Positions 1-9,705 of a DNA stretch of 64,000 bases are shown piece by piece. The stretch is from an uncultured delta proteobacterium (GTDB lineage: Bacteria > Myxococcota_A > UBA9160 > SZUA-336). Where the stretch lies: the NCBI GenBank assembly GCA_963704165.1, contig CAVPHD010000001.1:352001-416000 (forward strand), written 5' to 3'. Positions within the stretch are counted from its first letter, which is position 1, and each line of letters opens with the position of its first letter. Position numbers and translations under genes: made by a program. Below the pieces are notes generated by a model that saw nothing but the letters and a program-made list of their open reading frames with translations, was not told the DNA's origin and made no database searches.

Positions 1-233
1 GGAAAGACCGCGAAGCCCGTCGGCTGGATGCGCACGACGAGCGACGCCTTTCGGTGTCGACCCGCCTCGGACCACCGGAGATCGAAGAGCAGCGTCTCGT
101 TCGAGAAGCCCGAGGAGTGCGGCGCGACGAGCTCCGAGGCGTCGATCTCGGCCGCGTTCGGGAGCTTGCCGCGCAGCCAGCCGAGCAAGTTCGCGCGCGC
201 CGAGACCAGGTCGCGCTGCCAGGCGGTCGGCAA
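1..233 (-). CDS. Phosphotransferase (APH/kinase-like) family protein, 5' part only (runs off the window start)
   Basis: Manual minus-strand translation from TTG at 233: LPTAWQRDL...SSGFSNETLLFDLRW...LVVRIQPTGFAVF. This N-terminus is typical of acyl-CoA-dehydrogenase-associated phosphotransferases. Not in the ORF track. Confidence 0.65.
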   Translation of the reverse strand, partial: MPTAWQRDLVSARANLLGWLRGKLPNAAEIDASELVAPHSSGFSNETLLFDLRWSEAGRHRKASLVVRIQPTGFAVF

Positions 234-245
234 CTTCGCTCCCGG

Positions 246-1424
246 CTAACGCCGCGGCAGGCCGAGCACGCGCTCGGAGATGATGTTGCGCTGGATCTCG
301 CTCGTGCCCGCGAAGATCATCGGCCCGCGACTCTGCAGGAGCCGCTGCGCCCAGCGACCCCCCTCAGGCGAACGATGCGACTTGCGTTCGAGCTGACCGA
401 ACGCGCCCTCGAGGTCGTTCCCGAGCCGCGCAAGGCGATGCCCCATCTCGGAGTAGTAGAGCTTCTGCAGCGAGGACTCCGAACCCGGTTTCACGCCCTG
501 CGCGAGCGCGGTCAGCGAGCGCAGCGAATTCAGACGCAACACCTCGAGCTCGATCGCCGCCTGCGCGATGCGCTGCCGGTACACCCCGTCGCTCGCCCGT
601 CGCGTCCTGCGCGCGTCCTCGACGAGCTGCTCGAACTCGCGCCGGTAGCCCGCGTAGCGCGAGAGCGTGCTCGCTCCGCGTTCGTAACCCAATACGGTGT
701 TGGCGATCTGCCAGCCCTGCGTCGGCGCGCCGATCAGGTTCGAGGCGGGAACCAGGACGTCCTTGAAGAAGCACTGCGAGAAGCCGCGCCCTCCGGTCAT
801 CTGCACGAGCGGCGCGACCTCGATGCCGGGAGTCTTCATGTCGATCAGGAGGAACCCGATGCCCTCGTGCTTCGCGGCCTTCGGGTCCGTGCGCACCAGA
901 CAGAAGATCCAGTCCGCGCGATGCGCCATCGAAGTCCAGATCTTCTGCCCGTTCACGACGTAACGGTCGCCGCGCAGCTCCGCGGTCGTGCGCAGGTTCG
1001 CCAGGTCCGAGCCCGCGCCGGGCTCCGAGTAGCCCTGGCACCACATCTCCTCCGCGCGGAGCATCGGGCGCAGGAAGCGCTTCTTCTGCTCCTCGCTGCC
1101 GTGATGGACGATCGCCGGTCCGCACAGCCCGATCCCGAGCCCGTTCGTCGCCGGCGGCGCGCCCTGGAGCACGAGCTCTTCCTGAAGCAGCGCGTTCTCG
1201 ACGTGGCTCCGCCCCTGGCCGCCGTAGGCGACCGGCCAGGTCACACCGACGTAGCCGGCGTCGTAGAGCTCTTGGTGCCAACGGCGAATGCCGTCGAACA
1301 TCGCGTCCTCGTCGCCGAACTCTTCCGCGTCGGCGTCCTTCCACCACTGCGGCACGTGCGTCCGGATCCACGCGCGTGCCTTCTCCCGATAGGCCTGCTC
1401 GCTCTCGCTGAAGGTGAAGTCCAT
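246..1424 (-). CDS. Acyl-CoA dehydrogenase
   Basis: Start MDFTFSESEQ at 1424. Motifs WCQGYSEPGAGSDL, NGQKIWTS and IFAGTSEIQRNII. Confidence 0.95.
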   Translation of the reverse strand: MDFTFSESEQAYREKARAWIRTHVPQWWKDADAEEFGDEDAMFDGIRRWHQELYDAGYVGVTWPVAYGGQGRSHVENALLQEELVLQGAPPATNGLGIGLCGPAIVHHGSEEQKKRFLRPMLRAEEMWCQGYSEPGAGSDLANLRTTAELRGDRYVVNGQKIWTSMAHRADWIFCLVRTDPKAAKHEGIGFLLIDMKTPGIEVAPLVQMTGGRGFSQCFFKDVLVPASNLIGAPTQGWQIANTVLGYERGASTLSRYAGYRREFEQLVEDARRTRRASDGVYRQRIAQAAIELEVLRLNSLRSLTALAQGVKPGSESSLQKLYYSEMGHRLARLGNDLEGAFGQLERKSHRSPEGGRWAQRLLQSRGPMIFAGTSEIQRNIISERVLGLPRR

Positions 1425-1464
1425 GGATGCGAGTCTACACCCGCGCGGTCCACGAAGGCTTCGC

Positions 1465-2259
1465 TCACATCGACCGGAGATACGCCGGGCCGCCGAGCCT
1501 TGCGATCGCGCGCTCGATCTGCGCGGCGCGCGTGCGCACGTAGGTGGACGGACGGTCGGCGTGCAGGATTCGCGGCGCGGGGAGTACCGCCGCCAGCCGC
1601 GCGGCCTCCTCGCTTTCGAGCTGCGCCGGCGGCTTTCCGAAGTACCGCGTGCTCGCCGCGCCCGCACCGTAAACACCGGGGCCGAACTCCGCGACGTTCA
1701 GGTACACCTCGAGGATGCGGCGCTTGGGCCAGAGCGCCTCGATCAGCACCGTGAGGTACGCCTCGACGCCCTTGCGCGCGAAGCTACGGCCGGGCCACAG
1801 GAAGAGATTCTTCGCCACCTGCTGGCTGATCGTGCTCGCACCACGCATCGGCCCACCGCCGGCCGAATCCTCGAGCGCGTCGACGATCTCGTCGAAATCG
1901 AAGCCCGAGTGCTTGGGGAACTTCTGGTCCTCCGACGCCACGACGGCGATCGCGAGGTTCGACGAGATCCGCTCGTAGTCGACCCAGCGGTAGTCGGTGC
2001 GATATCCGCGCTCGCCGCGTGCCGCCGCGGCGATCCGCGACTCGATCATGAACGCGCTCGTCCACGGGTCGATCCAGCGCAAGAGAACGATCGCGGTGAT
2101 CGACGTCGCGACGAAGACCGCGAGCACACGCGCGGCGATTCCCAGCACGCGACGGACGAGCGGGGTCCGCACGAACGCGCCGAAGCTGCGCGTCGATCGC
2201 GACACGCGCCGATTCCCGCGCGACCTCCGTCTCTTCCTGGTCTTCGAGCGCAAGTCCAC
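1465..2259 (-). CDS. mtgA: Monofunctional peptidoglycan transglycosylase (GT51)
   Basis: Motifs SEDQKFPKHSGFD, RGASTISQQVAKNLFL, RKGVE and KRRILEVYLN, with an N-terminal membrane anchor. Confidence 0.95.
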   Translation of the reverse strand: MDLRSKTRKRRRSRGNRRVSRSTRSFGAFVRTPLVRRVLGIAARVLAVFVATSITAIVLLRWIDPWTSAFMIESRIAAAARGERGYRTDYRWVDYERISSNLAIAVVASEDQKFPKHSGFDFDEIVDALEDSAGGGPMRGASTISQQVAKNLFLWPGRSFARKGVEAYLTVLIEALWPKRRILEVYLNVAEFGPGVYGAGAASTRYFGKPPAQLESEEAARLAAVLPAPRILHADRPSTYVRTRAAQIERAIARLGGPAYLRSM

Positions 2260-2299
2260 CCCCGGCGGTGGATCGTACCGAACCGACGACGGAGGCGAG

Positions 2300-3115
2300 C
2301 TACCGCCCGGTGAACTTCGCCTTCTTCTTGGCGAGGAACGCGCCGGTGCCGGCGCGGAAGTCCTCGCTGCGACCGGTGTACATCATGGCTTCGGCTTCCA
2401 GGTCCATGACGTCGCGCAGGTTTCCGTGCTCGGCCAGGTTCAGGTGGCGCTTCATGTACCGGTAGGAGAGCGGCGGGCCCTCGGCCAGGCGATCCGCGAG
2501 AACATCGACCTCCTTGCGGAAGACGTCCTGCGCAAAGACGCGGTAGAGGAGGCCGATGCGCAGCGCCTCGGCCGCGTCGAAGCGCTCGCCGAGCAGGTAC
2601 AGCTCGCGCGCCTTCGCCGCGCCGAGCAACTTGGTCGCGAAGTACGAGCCGCCGAAGTCGCCCGAGAAGCCGATCCGCGCGAATGCCGTCGTGAACACCG
2701 CGCCGTCGACCGCGACGCGCAGATCGCAGGCCATCGACATCGACAGCGACGCACCTGCCACCGCCCCGTTGATCGCCGCGATCGTCGGCTTGGGCATCGT
2801 GTGCAGCGTGAACGACGACTCCTGCATGCGCTTCAGACCGTCGAAGGATTCCTCGAGCGTCTGCCGGCCGGACGCGTGCCGGTCGGCCGGTCCGGGTGCG
2901 TCGGGCGGAGCCAGGTCGGCGCCGGCCGAGAACGCGCGATCGCCCGCGCCGGTCAGCACGACGACGCGGACGGAGGCGTCGTCGGCGACTTCGCGGAGCG
3001 CGCTCGCGAGCGAATCGAGCAGCTCGCCCGTCAGCGAGTTCATCCGCTCGGGGCGGTTCATGGTGACGGTGGCGACGCCGTTGGATCTACGATCGACGAG
3101 GATGGAAGTGGTCAT
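2300..3115 (-). CDS. Enoyl-CoA hydratase/isomerase (crotonase family)
   Basis: Motifs NRPERMNSL, AFSAGADL, KPTIAAINGAVAGA and CDLRVA. Confidence 0.93.
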   Translation of the reverse strand: MTTSILVDRRSNGVATVTMNRPERMNSLTGELLDSLASALREVADDASVRVVVLTGAGDRAFSAGADLAPPDAPGPADRHASGRQTLEESFDGLKRMQESSFTLHTMPKPTIAAINGAVAGASLSMSMACDLRVAVDGAVFTTAFARIGFSGDFGGSYFATKLLGAAKARELYLLGERFDAAEALRIGLLYRVFAQDVFRKEVDVLADRLAEGPPLSYRYMKRHLNLAEHGNLRDVMDLEAEAMMYTGRSEDFRAGTGAFLAKKKAKFTGR

Positions 3116-3157
3116 CCGCGCAGTATACGCGGGCTTCGGCTCCGCTTCGTCCGGCGC

Positions 3158-4927
3158 TCAACTCTTCCCCAGAAACGCCGCCACTTGCCGGAGTAGCTCG
3201 TCGCGGTGGATCGGCTTGGTCGCGTAGTCGTCACAGCCGAGGCCAATGCAGCGCTCGCGATCGCCGGACATGGCGTGGGCGGTGAGCGCGATGATCGGGC
3301 CGCGATAGCCGGCGCCACGGAGGCGGTGAACCGCGGTGTAGCCATCGAGGACGGGCATCTGCATGTCCATCAGGACGACGTCGTAGGGATCGCCGCTCGC
3401 TTGCGAGAAGAGCGCGAGCTCGCAGCCGATCTGGCCGTTCGCGGCGACCTCGACCTCGAGGCCGGCGCGGCGCAGGACGCTGCCGATCAAACGCTGGTTG
3501 TCGGGGCCATCCTCGACGAGCAGGATGCGGCCTTCGAGCGAGGTCGGCAGCGCCGTCGCTTCGGGCGCGCGCTCGATCACCGCGAACTCGCCGACCTCCG
3601 AGGCCGCGAGCACGCGCACGCCCGCGAGCGGACCACACGGGATCCTCAGGCTGAAGCGGCTGCCGCGACCGAGCTCGCTCTCGGCGACCACGTCGCCGTC
3701 GAGGATCCGCGCGAGCCGCCGCGACAGGCCGAGGCCGAGGCCCGTCCCCTGGTGCACACGCGTGGCCGAGCCGTGCACCTGGGTGAACATCTCGAAGACG
3801 CGGGGAAGCTGATCGGCAGCGATCCCGCAACCGGTGTCGACGATCGCGAACTCGAGCACGTACCCCGCGCTGTCAGCGATCTCGATCAGACCGACTTCGA
3901 TCCGAACGCGGCCCGTGTCGGTGAACTTGACCGCGTTGCCCACCAGATTGATCAGGATCTGGCGGAGCCGAGTGCGGTCGCACTCGATCTCCTCGGGGAT
4001 CCGGCCGGCCGCGACTGCCTCGAGCTTCAGGCCCTTCTCGTGCGCGTGCGCGCCGAGCAGGCTCACGACCTCGGCGACGATTCGGATCGGCGAGACGCGC
4101 TCACGCATGATCTCGAGCTTGCCGGCTTCGATCTTCGACAGGTCGAGAATTCCGTTGATGAGCGAGAGCAGGTGCGCGCCGTTGCGGCGAACCGTCGAGA
4201 GCGCGGCGCGGATCCGGCCGCTCACCGACAGCATCTCGAGCTCCAGCTCGACCTCTTCGGCGAAGCCCAGGATCGCGGTCATGGGCGTGCGGATCTCGTG
4301 ACTCATGTTGGTCAGGAACTCCGACTTCAGTCGCGTCGACTCGAGCGCGCGGTTTCGCGCGTCGGCCAGGTCGCTCAGAAGACGAAGGTGATCGCGCGCG
4401 TAGGTCGCGCCGAGCCACGCCATGGTGAAGCACATCAGGCCGAAGCTCAACGGATCGACCGCACGGTCGGCGGGGACGAGCCAGAGCGAGAGCGGATACA
4501 GCGCCGCCGTGCACGCCGCGAGCACGTAGGTCATCCACGGCCGCACCGGCGCCATCGACGCGAATGCGAGTGACGTCATCGGGGCCAGCAGCGCATAGGG
4601 TTTGTATCCCTGCAGGACGTGCGACGCCGAGAAGATCACGGCCGCGCTCGCGTGGAGTGTCGCCAGGAAGAGCAGGAACTCCGGGAAGCGCTCCCCCACG
4701 CGTCCACGCGCGGCCAGCCAGAGCAGGACGAACCCGGTCTCCACGACGGCAAAGTAGTAGAGCGAGGTTTCGAGAGTGGACTCACCGGTCAGGACCGAGA
4801 TCGTACAGAGCGGTGGCGCCATGATCGCGAGCATCCGGGTGACGCCGCGCGCGCTGCTCACGAGCAGATCGTGCACACTCTCGGACGAGCTCTTCGCCTC
4901 TGCCTCGCTCGACGACAACCCGTCCAT
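3158..4927 (-). CDS. Membrane hybrid sensor histidine kinase with C-terminal receiver domain
   Basis: Several N-terminal hydrophobic helices. H-box NMSHEIRTP, N-box NLVGNAVKFT, G-boxes DTGCGI and GTGLGL, receiver motif LMDMQMP...KP. Confidence 0.95.
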   Translation of the reverse strand: MDGLSSSEAEAKSSSESVHDLLVSSARGVTRMLAIMAPPLCTISVLTGESTLETSLYYFAVVETGFVLLWLAARGRVGERFPEFLLFLATLHASAAVIFSASHVLQGYKPYALLAPMTSLAFASMAPVRPWMTYVLAACTAALYPLSLWLVPADRAVDPLSFGLMCFTMAWLGATYARDHLRLLSDLADARNRALESTRLKSEFLTNMSHEIRTPMTAILGFAEEVELELEMLSVSGRIRAALSTVRRNGAHLLSLINGILDLSKIEAGKLEIMRERVSPIRIVAEVVSLLGAHAHEKGLKLEAVAAGRIPEEIECDRTRLRQILINLVGNAVKFTDTGRVRIEVGLIEIADSAGYVLEFAIVDTGCGIAADQLPRVFEMFTQVHGSATRVHQGTGLGLGLSRRLARILDGDVVAESELGRGSRFSLRIPCGPLAGVRVLAASEVGEFAVIERAPEATALPTSLEGRILLVEDGPDNQRLIGSVLRRAGLEVEVAANGQIGCELALFSQASGDPYDVVLMDMQMPVLDGYTAVHRLRGAGYRGPIIALTAHAMSGDRERCIGLGCDDYATKPIHRDELLRQVAAFLGKS

Positions 4928-4980
4928 CCGCCTCCACGTCTGGAATCGGATTCACGGCAACGGAACTTGCGGATTCGGAG

Positions 4981-5445
4981 CTAGCCGCGCGGCATGACCC
5001 GCCAATAGCGAGTGGGTGGGGTCACCGTCCCGGGAGCGATTTCCGGGAGCGCGTATTTCGCGGCGTAAGCCGCCCGCACGCGCTCGAGTGCCGCGGCCTC
5101 GTCGAGCGGCACGAGTCGCACTTCGTAGACGTTCTCGCCGATCCCGAGCCGCACGTCGGGATCGCGATCGACCCAGGCCGGCCAGCGCTTCGTTTCCGGG
5201 TCACGCGCGCCCACGTAGAGCACACCGTCGAGTGACGCACTCCAGATGGTGACGGAGTGCGGAATCCAATACGGCGTGCGGACCTCGATGGCGATCTCTT
5301 TGTACACGTCGCTGAACGCCCAGTCCGTCGGCAGCTCCCGCACTGATTCCCCACTGAGACGGGTGCCCGGTCGGCGATCGGAGGGATCGATGCACGCAGA
5401 CAACGCAGCGATACCGATCATTGCACTCGCGAATCCCGCCTTCAT
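4981..5445 (-). CDS. Putative lipoprotein, split-barrel (DUF2255/PNPOx-like)
   Basis: Start MKAGFASAM with lipobox LSAC. The pattern SVTIW...LYVGA...W...DPDVRL...Y..KY resembles split-barrel families. Confidence 0.55.
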   Translation of the reverse strand: MKAGFASAMIGIAALSACIDPSDRRPGTRLSGESVRELPTDWAFSDVYKEIAIEVRTPYWIPHSVTIWSASLDGVLYVGARDPETKRWPAWVDRDPDVRLGIGENVYEVRLVPLDEAAALERVRAAYAAKYALPEIAPGTVTPPTRYWRVMPRG

Positions 5446-5507
5446 TCCGCCTCCGCCGTCGAGTCGCAGGAGTGTATCGTGGGATCGATCGATCGCGGGT
5501 GAAAGCC

Positions 5508-6291
5508 ATGAGTGACTTCTACCGGTACGTCGGGATCGACTATTCGGGGAGCGCAGACGCCAACGTCGAGCCTGAAGGGACTGCGGGTCTATGCCGCAGA
5601 TCGCGCGCGGGACCCGACCGAGGTCTCGCCGCCTCCGAGCCCGCGCAGGTACTGGACCCGACGTGGCGTCGCGGAGTGGCTGGCCGAGCAGCTTGCCGGC
5701 GAGTGGCCGACGCTCGTCGGGATCGACCACGCCTTCTCGTTCCCGCTCGAATACTTCGAGAAGCACGACCTGGCGCGCGACTGGCCCGAATTTCTCGAGG
5801 ACTTCGCACGCCACTGGCCCACGGATCGCGACGACACCTCCGTGGACTTCGTGCGCGAGGGCGTGGACGGCCATGGCGCCGCGCGCGGCGGAAACACCCG
5901 TTGGCGGCGGCTCACGGAGAAACGCGCCGGCGGCGCGAAGTCGGTGTTCCACTTCGACGTGCCCGGCTCGGTGGCCAAATCCACGCATTCCGGGCTCCCC
6001 TGGCTGCGCTACCTGCGGCAACACCTCGGAGCGCGGCTGCACTTCTGGCCGTACGACGGCTGGCGGGTGCCGAGCGGGCGATCGGCGATCGTCGAGGTCT
6101 ACCCGTCGCTGTGGAGCCGAAGTTTCGCGCGCGGGAGCCGCACGTCCGACCAGCACGACGCCTGGTCCGTCGCCGCGTGGATGCGTGCGGCCGATCTCGG
6201 CGGTGAGCTCGCCGGAGAGTTCACGCCCGTGCTCACGCCCCGAGACGAGGAGACGGCGAGAATCGAGGGCTGGATTCTCGGGGTCCGCTGA
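5508..6291 (+). CDS. DUF429-like predicted nuclease (RNase H-like fold), one frameshift near 5547
   Basis: ATG at 5508 gives MSDFYRYVGIDYSG. Removing one G from the GGGG run joins it to AQTPTSSLKGLRVY...GIDHAFSFP...EVYPS...DQHDAW. Confidence 0.65.
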
Positions 6292-6449
6292 GTCAGTCGG
6301 CGAGAGGCTTCGGTGGGGAGCAACGGGGTCGCGCATTCCATGCCCGCCGTCCTTGGCCGGGGTGTACCCACGTGGCGCACCTGTCCGTCTCGGCGGACCG
6401 GGTGACCGGCACCCTCTAGATTTTCCGCGAGTCGTTCGACCTGACGACG

Positions 6450-9120
6450 GTGAGCGCGATCTCTCGATCCGTCTTCGTCGGCCGCGAGCGCGAGCTCGCC
6501 GTGCTTCGCGACGAGCTCGACGAGGCGCGGCTCGGGCGCGGCGGGGCGGTGCTCGTGAGCGGGGACGGGGGCATCGGGAAGACCGAGCTTCTGTGCGAGC
6601 TGGCTTCGCGCAACCCCTCGGTGCTCTTCGTGTGGGGACGCTGCGAGCGCGGGATCTCCGGCCGTCCGTTTCACGCCTGGCTCGAGGTGATCGAGTCGCT
6701 GCGCGCGACTTCCGAGGCGCGCGCGGAGCTCGACGGGCTTCTGGCCGAACTCACCACGCCGCTCGAGAACGGCACGCGCGAGCGGAGCGATCCCGAGACC
6801 GCGCGTTTCCTGCTGCTGCAACGCCTCGCGCGTGCGCTCGAACGCGAAGCCGAGGAGCGGGCGATCGCGATCGTACTCGACGACCTGCACCGGGCGGACC
6901 TCGCGACTTCGCGCTTCGCGGCACAGCTCGGCGACACCCCGTACGCGACGCGTGTGCTCTTGATCGGCCTGCACCGCGAGCTCGCACCCGACGCGGACCC
7001 GGCGCTCGCGGCGAACCTGCAGCGCATCGCGCGCGCGAAGCGGCGGATCGAGTTGACGGCGCTCTCGGCCGAGGAGGTCGCACGCTTCGCGGTTCTGGTG
7101 TCGAAGGAGCCGCCGTCGCCCGGCGAGCTCGACACGCTGCACCGGCGCAGCGGCGGGAGTCCTCTCTTCCTGCGCGAGCTGCTGCGCACGGAGGCCGGCG
7201 CCGACGCGGAACAGCGCGCACCTCGGACGCTTGCGCACCTGGTCGATGCGCGCTTGCAGACCCTCGGTCCGGAGGCGCGCGAGCTCGTCGAGCTCGCCTC
7301 GGTGATCGGGCACGAGCTGCCGCTCCTCTGGCTCGCGCGTGCCGCGCGGATCCACCGCCGCGCGGCGCTGGAGCAGATCGATCGTATCGCGTCGCTCGGT
7401 CTGCTCGCGCCCGTCGAAGCCGATCGCGATCGGCTCGCCTTCTCGCACGAGATCGTGCGCGAGGCGATCCTCGCGAATCTGCCGCTCGCGCGACGCGCGC
7501 GCCTGCACGGCGCCGTCGCCGTCGCGCTCGAGCGCGTATTCGAGAAGTCCGCGGATCCACCCTGGGCCGTGCTCGGGCATCACCATGGCGAATCCGACTC
7601 CGTCGACGGCGCCGCGCGTGCCGGAACCTGCGCCGAGGCGGCCGCGCACCAGGCCATGTCGCTGCTCGCGTTCGAGGACGCCGCAGCTCTGTTCGGCGCG
7701 TCGCTTCACTGGCTCGAGTTCGGCCCGCCGATCGAGCCCGCGCGCGAGGCGGAGCTTCTGCTCGAACTCGGGCGCGCGCATCTGCATGCCGGAGATCCGC
7801 GATCGCGCAGCGATCGACGTGGCGCAGGCTTCGGCCATCGCTCGGGCGGGCAACGCGATCGAACCGCTCGCGCGCGCGATCGCGCTGCTCGAGGCGATTC
7901 GGCCCGGAAATGCGGCCGAGGTTCCGCGCGATCGCATCGCGCGGCTCGAAGAGGTGCTGCTGCAGCTTCCCGCGGAGAACGCGGTGCTGCGCGCCGAGCT
8001 GCAGATCGCGCTCGCACGGGATCTGGTCGTGGCCGATCCGGTGCGCGCGCGCGCGACGAGCGACTCCGCGATCGCCACCGCACGCCAGCTCCGCGACGGC
8101 GCGCTCGAGCTGCGCGCGGTTTCGAGTCGCGCCGAGCTCCTGCTCTATCCCAACGACGCGCACGAACGCGAGTCCTTCGCGCGCGAGGCCGCCCGACTCG
8201 CGCGCAGCATCCGCGATCGCGGGGCCGAGGTGTTCGCGCACGAGCAGGTCTTCGCGAACGCGCTCGCGCGTGGCGACCGTGCCGCAGTGGACCGGGGCGC
8301 GGAGTCGTGCGAGCGCGCCGCGTCGGCCCACGGCCATCCCATGCACCGCGGTCACGCCGCGGCCGCACTCGCCGCCCGTGCGCTCTGGCTCGGCGACCTC
8401 GTCCTGGGCGAGCAGTTCTCCGACGAGGCCACGCGCCTGCTCGTAGACCACCGCTCGCGCGAACTCGCGTTCATGGTCGCAACGTCGCAGCGCTTCGTCT
8501 TGCGGCGTTTTCAGGGCCGGCTCGCCGAGCTCGAGCCGCAGCTCGACGCAGCGCTTCGCGATCAGCCCGAACGACTCGCCCCGCTCTGCGCGCTCTCGCT
8601 CGTCTACGCTTCGAGCGGCCGAAACGACGCCGCGCGTGCGAATCTGGCGCGCATTGCCGAGCGGTGCGGCGATGGCCGGATCCTCCGTCTGCCCGCGGAC
8701 CTCAACCGGTCGCTGAACGCGGCGCTGCTTGCCGAGACGTGCGCGTACCTGGGCGATGCCGAGACCGCCGCATTTCTCGAGCTCGAGCTCGAGATCGCCG
8801 GCGACGGAAACATCTGTCTCGGGTCGCTGGTCTGCGTCGGCTCGGTGCAGCGCTACCGCGGTCTGGTCGCCCACGCGCGCGGCGAGCACGACGAGGCGAT
8901 CGCATTCCTCGAGGACGCGATCGAGTGGGAGAAGCACGCCGGCGCGCGCCCGCTCGAGGCCTTCGCGGTGCTCGACTGCGCGCGCGTCGCGCTCGCTCGG
9001 GGAGAATCCGGCGACGACGAACGGGTGCGAATGCACGCGGCGCGAGCGCTGCAGCTCGCCGCCGAGCTGAATCTGCCCACGATCCTCGCGGCGGCTCGGG
9101 AGCTGGCGTACGCGCGCTAG
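6450..9120 (+). CDS. AAA/STAND-type ATPase with helical (TPR-like) C-terminus, frameshift near 7798
   Basis: FVGRERE, Walker A GDGGIGKT, Walker B VLDDLH, SGGSPLFLREL and FSHEIVREA. Continues in the 7339..9120 frame after HLHAGD. Confidence 0.8.
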
Positions 9121-9158
9121 CTAGCGGCGCGGTCCCGAGCGTGGTCTACTGACGGCCT

Positions 9159-9632
9159 ATGCACACCCCATTCGTCATCGCATTCGTTCTCGCCGCTTCC
9201 GTCGCTCTCGCCGAACCCTACGCGGTCGAGAGCGTGCTGCCCGCCATCGAGCTGCCGGATCAGCACGGCGAGGCTAGGAAGCTCGACGAGTCCGTGCGCG
9301 CGATCGTCTTCAGCCGCGACATGAAGGCAGGGGACGTCGCGAAGGCCGCGGTCGAGAAGGCCGGCCCGGACGTCTTCGAGCGGAACGCCGCGGTGTACAT
9401 CGTCGACGTGAAGGGCATGCCGGCTCTCGTCCGGGCGCTCTTCGCCATGCCCGCCATGCGCCGCCGTCCGTACCGCGTGCTCGTCGATTACGACGGGACG
9501 AAGACCGGCGAAATCCCCGGCGGCGCCACTTACCCGACCGTTCTCGTGCTCGACAAGCTCCGCGTCACCAGCGTGTCGTATCCGACCAGCGCCGAAGAGG
9601 TGATCGCGGCGATCGAGACACCCGCGAAGTAG
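9159..9632 (+). CDS. Secreted hypothetical protein, probable cysteine-less thioredoxin-like fold
   Basis: Signal peptide ending ASVALA, redoxin-like N-terminus LPAIELPDQHGE, motif YPTVLVLD. No Cys residue. Confidence 0.55.
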   Translation: MHTPFVIAFVLAASVALAEPYAVESVLPAIELPDQHGEARKLDESVRAIVFSRDMKAGDVAKAAVEKAGPDVFERNAAVYIVDVKGMPALVRALFAMPAMRRRPYRVLVDYDGTKTGEIPGGATYPTVLVLDKLRVTSVSYPTSAEEVIAAIETPAK

Positions 9633-9705
9633 CTCTCTTGGCGCGAGTGACCTGCCGGTAGAATGGCGGCGCCCGTCCACTCCAGATCCGAATCGCGAGC
9701 TCGCA

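Noticed and set aside
4981..6336. 451-aa minus-strand ORF
   Set aside because: Only 4981..5445 looks coding. The rest is antisense to the DUF429-like gene.
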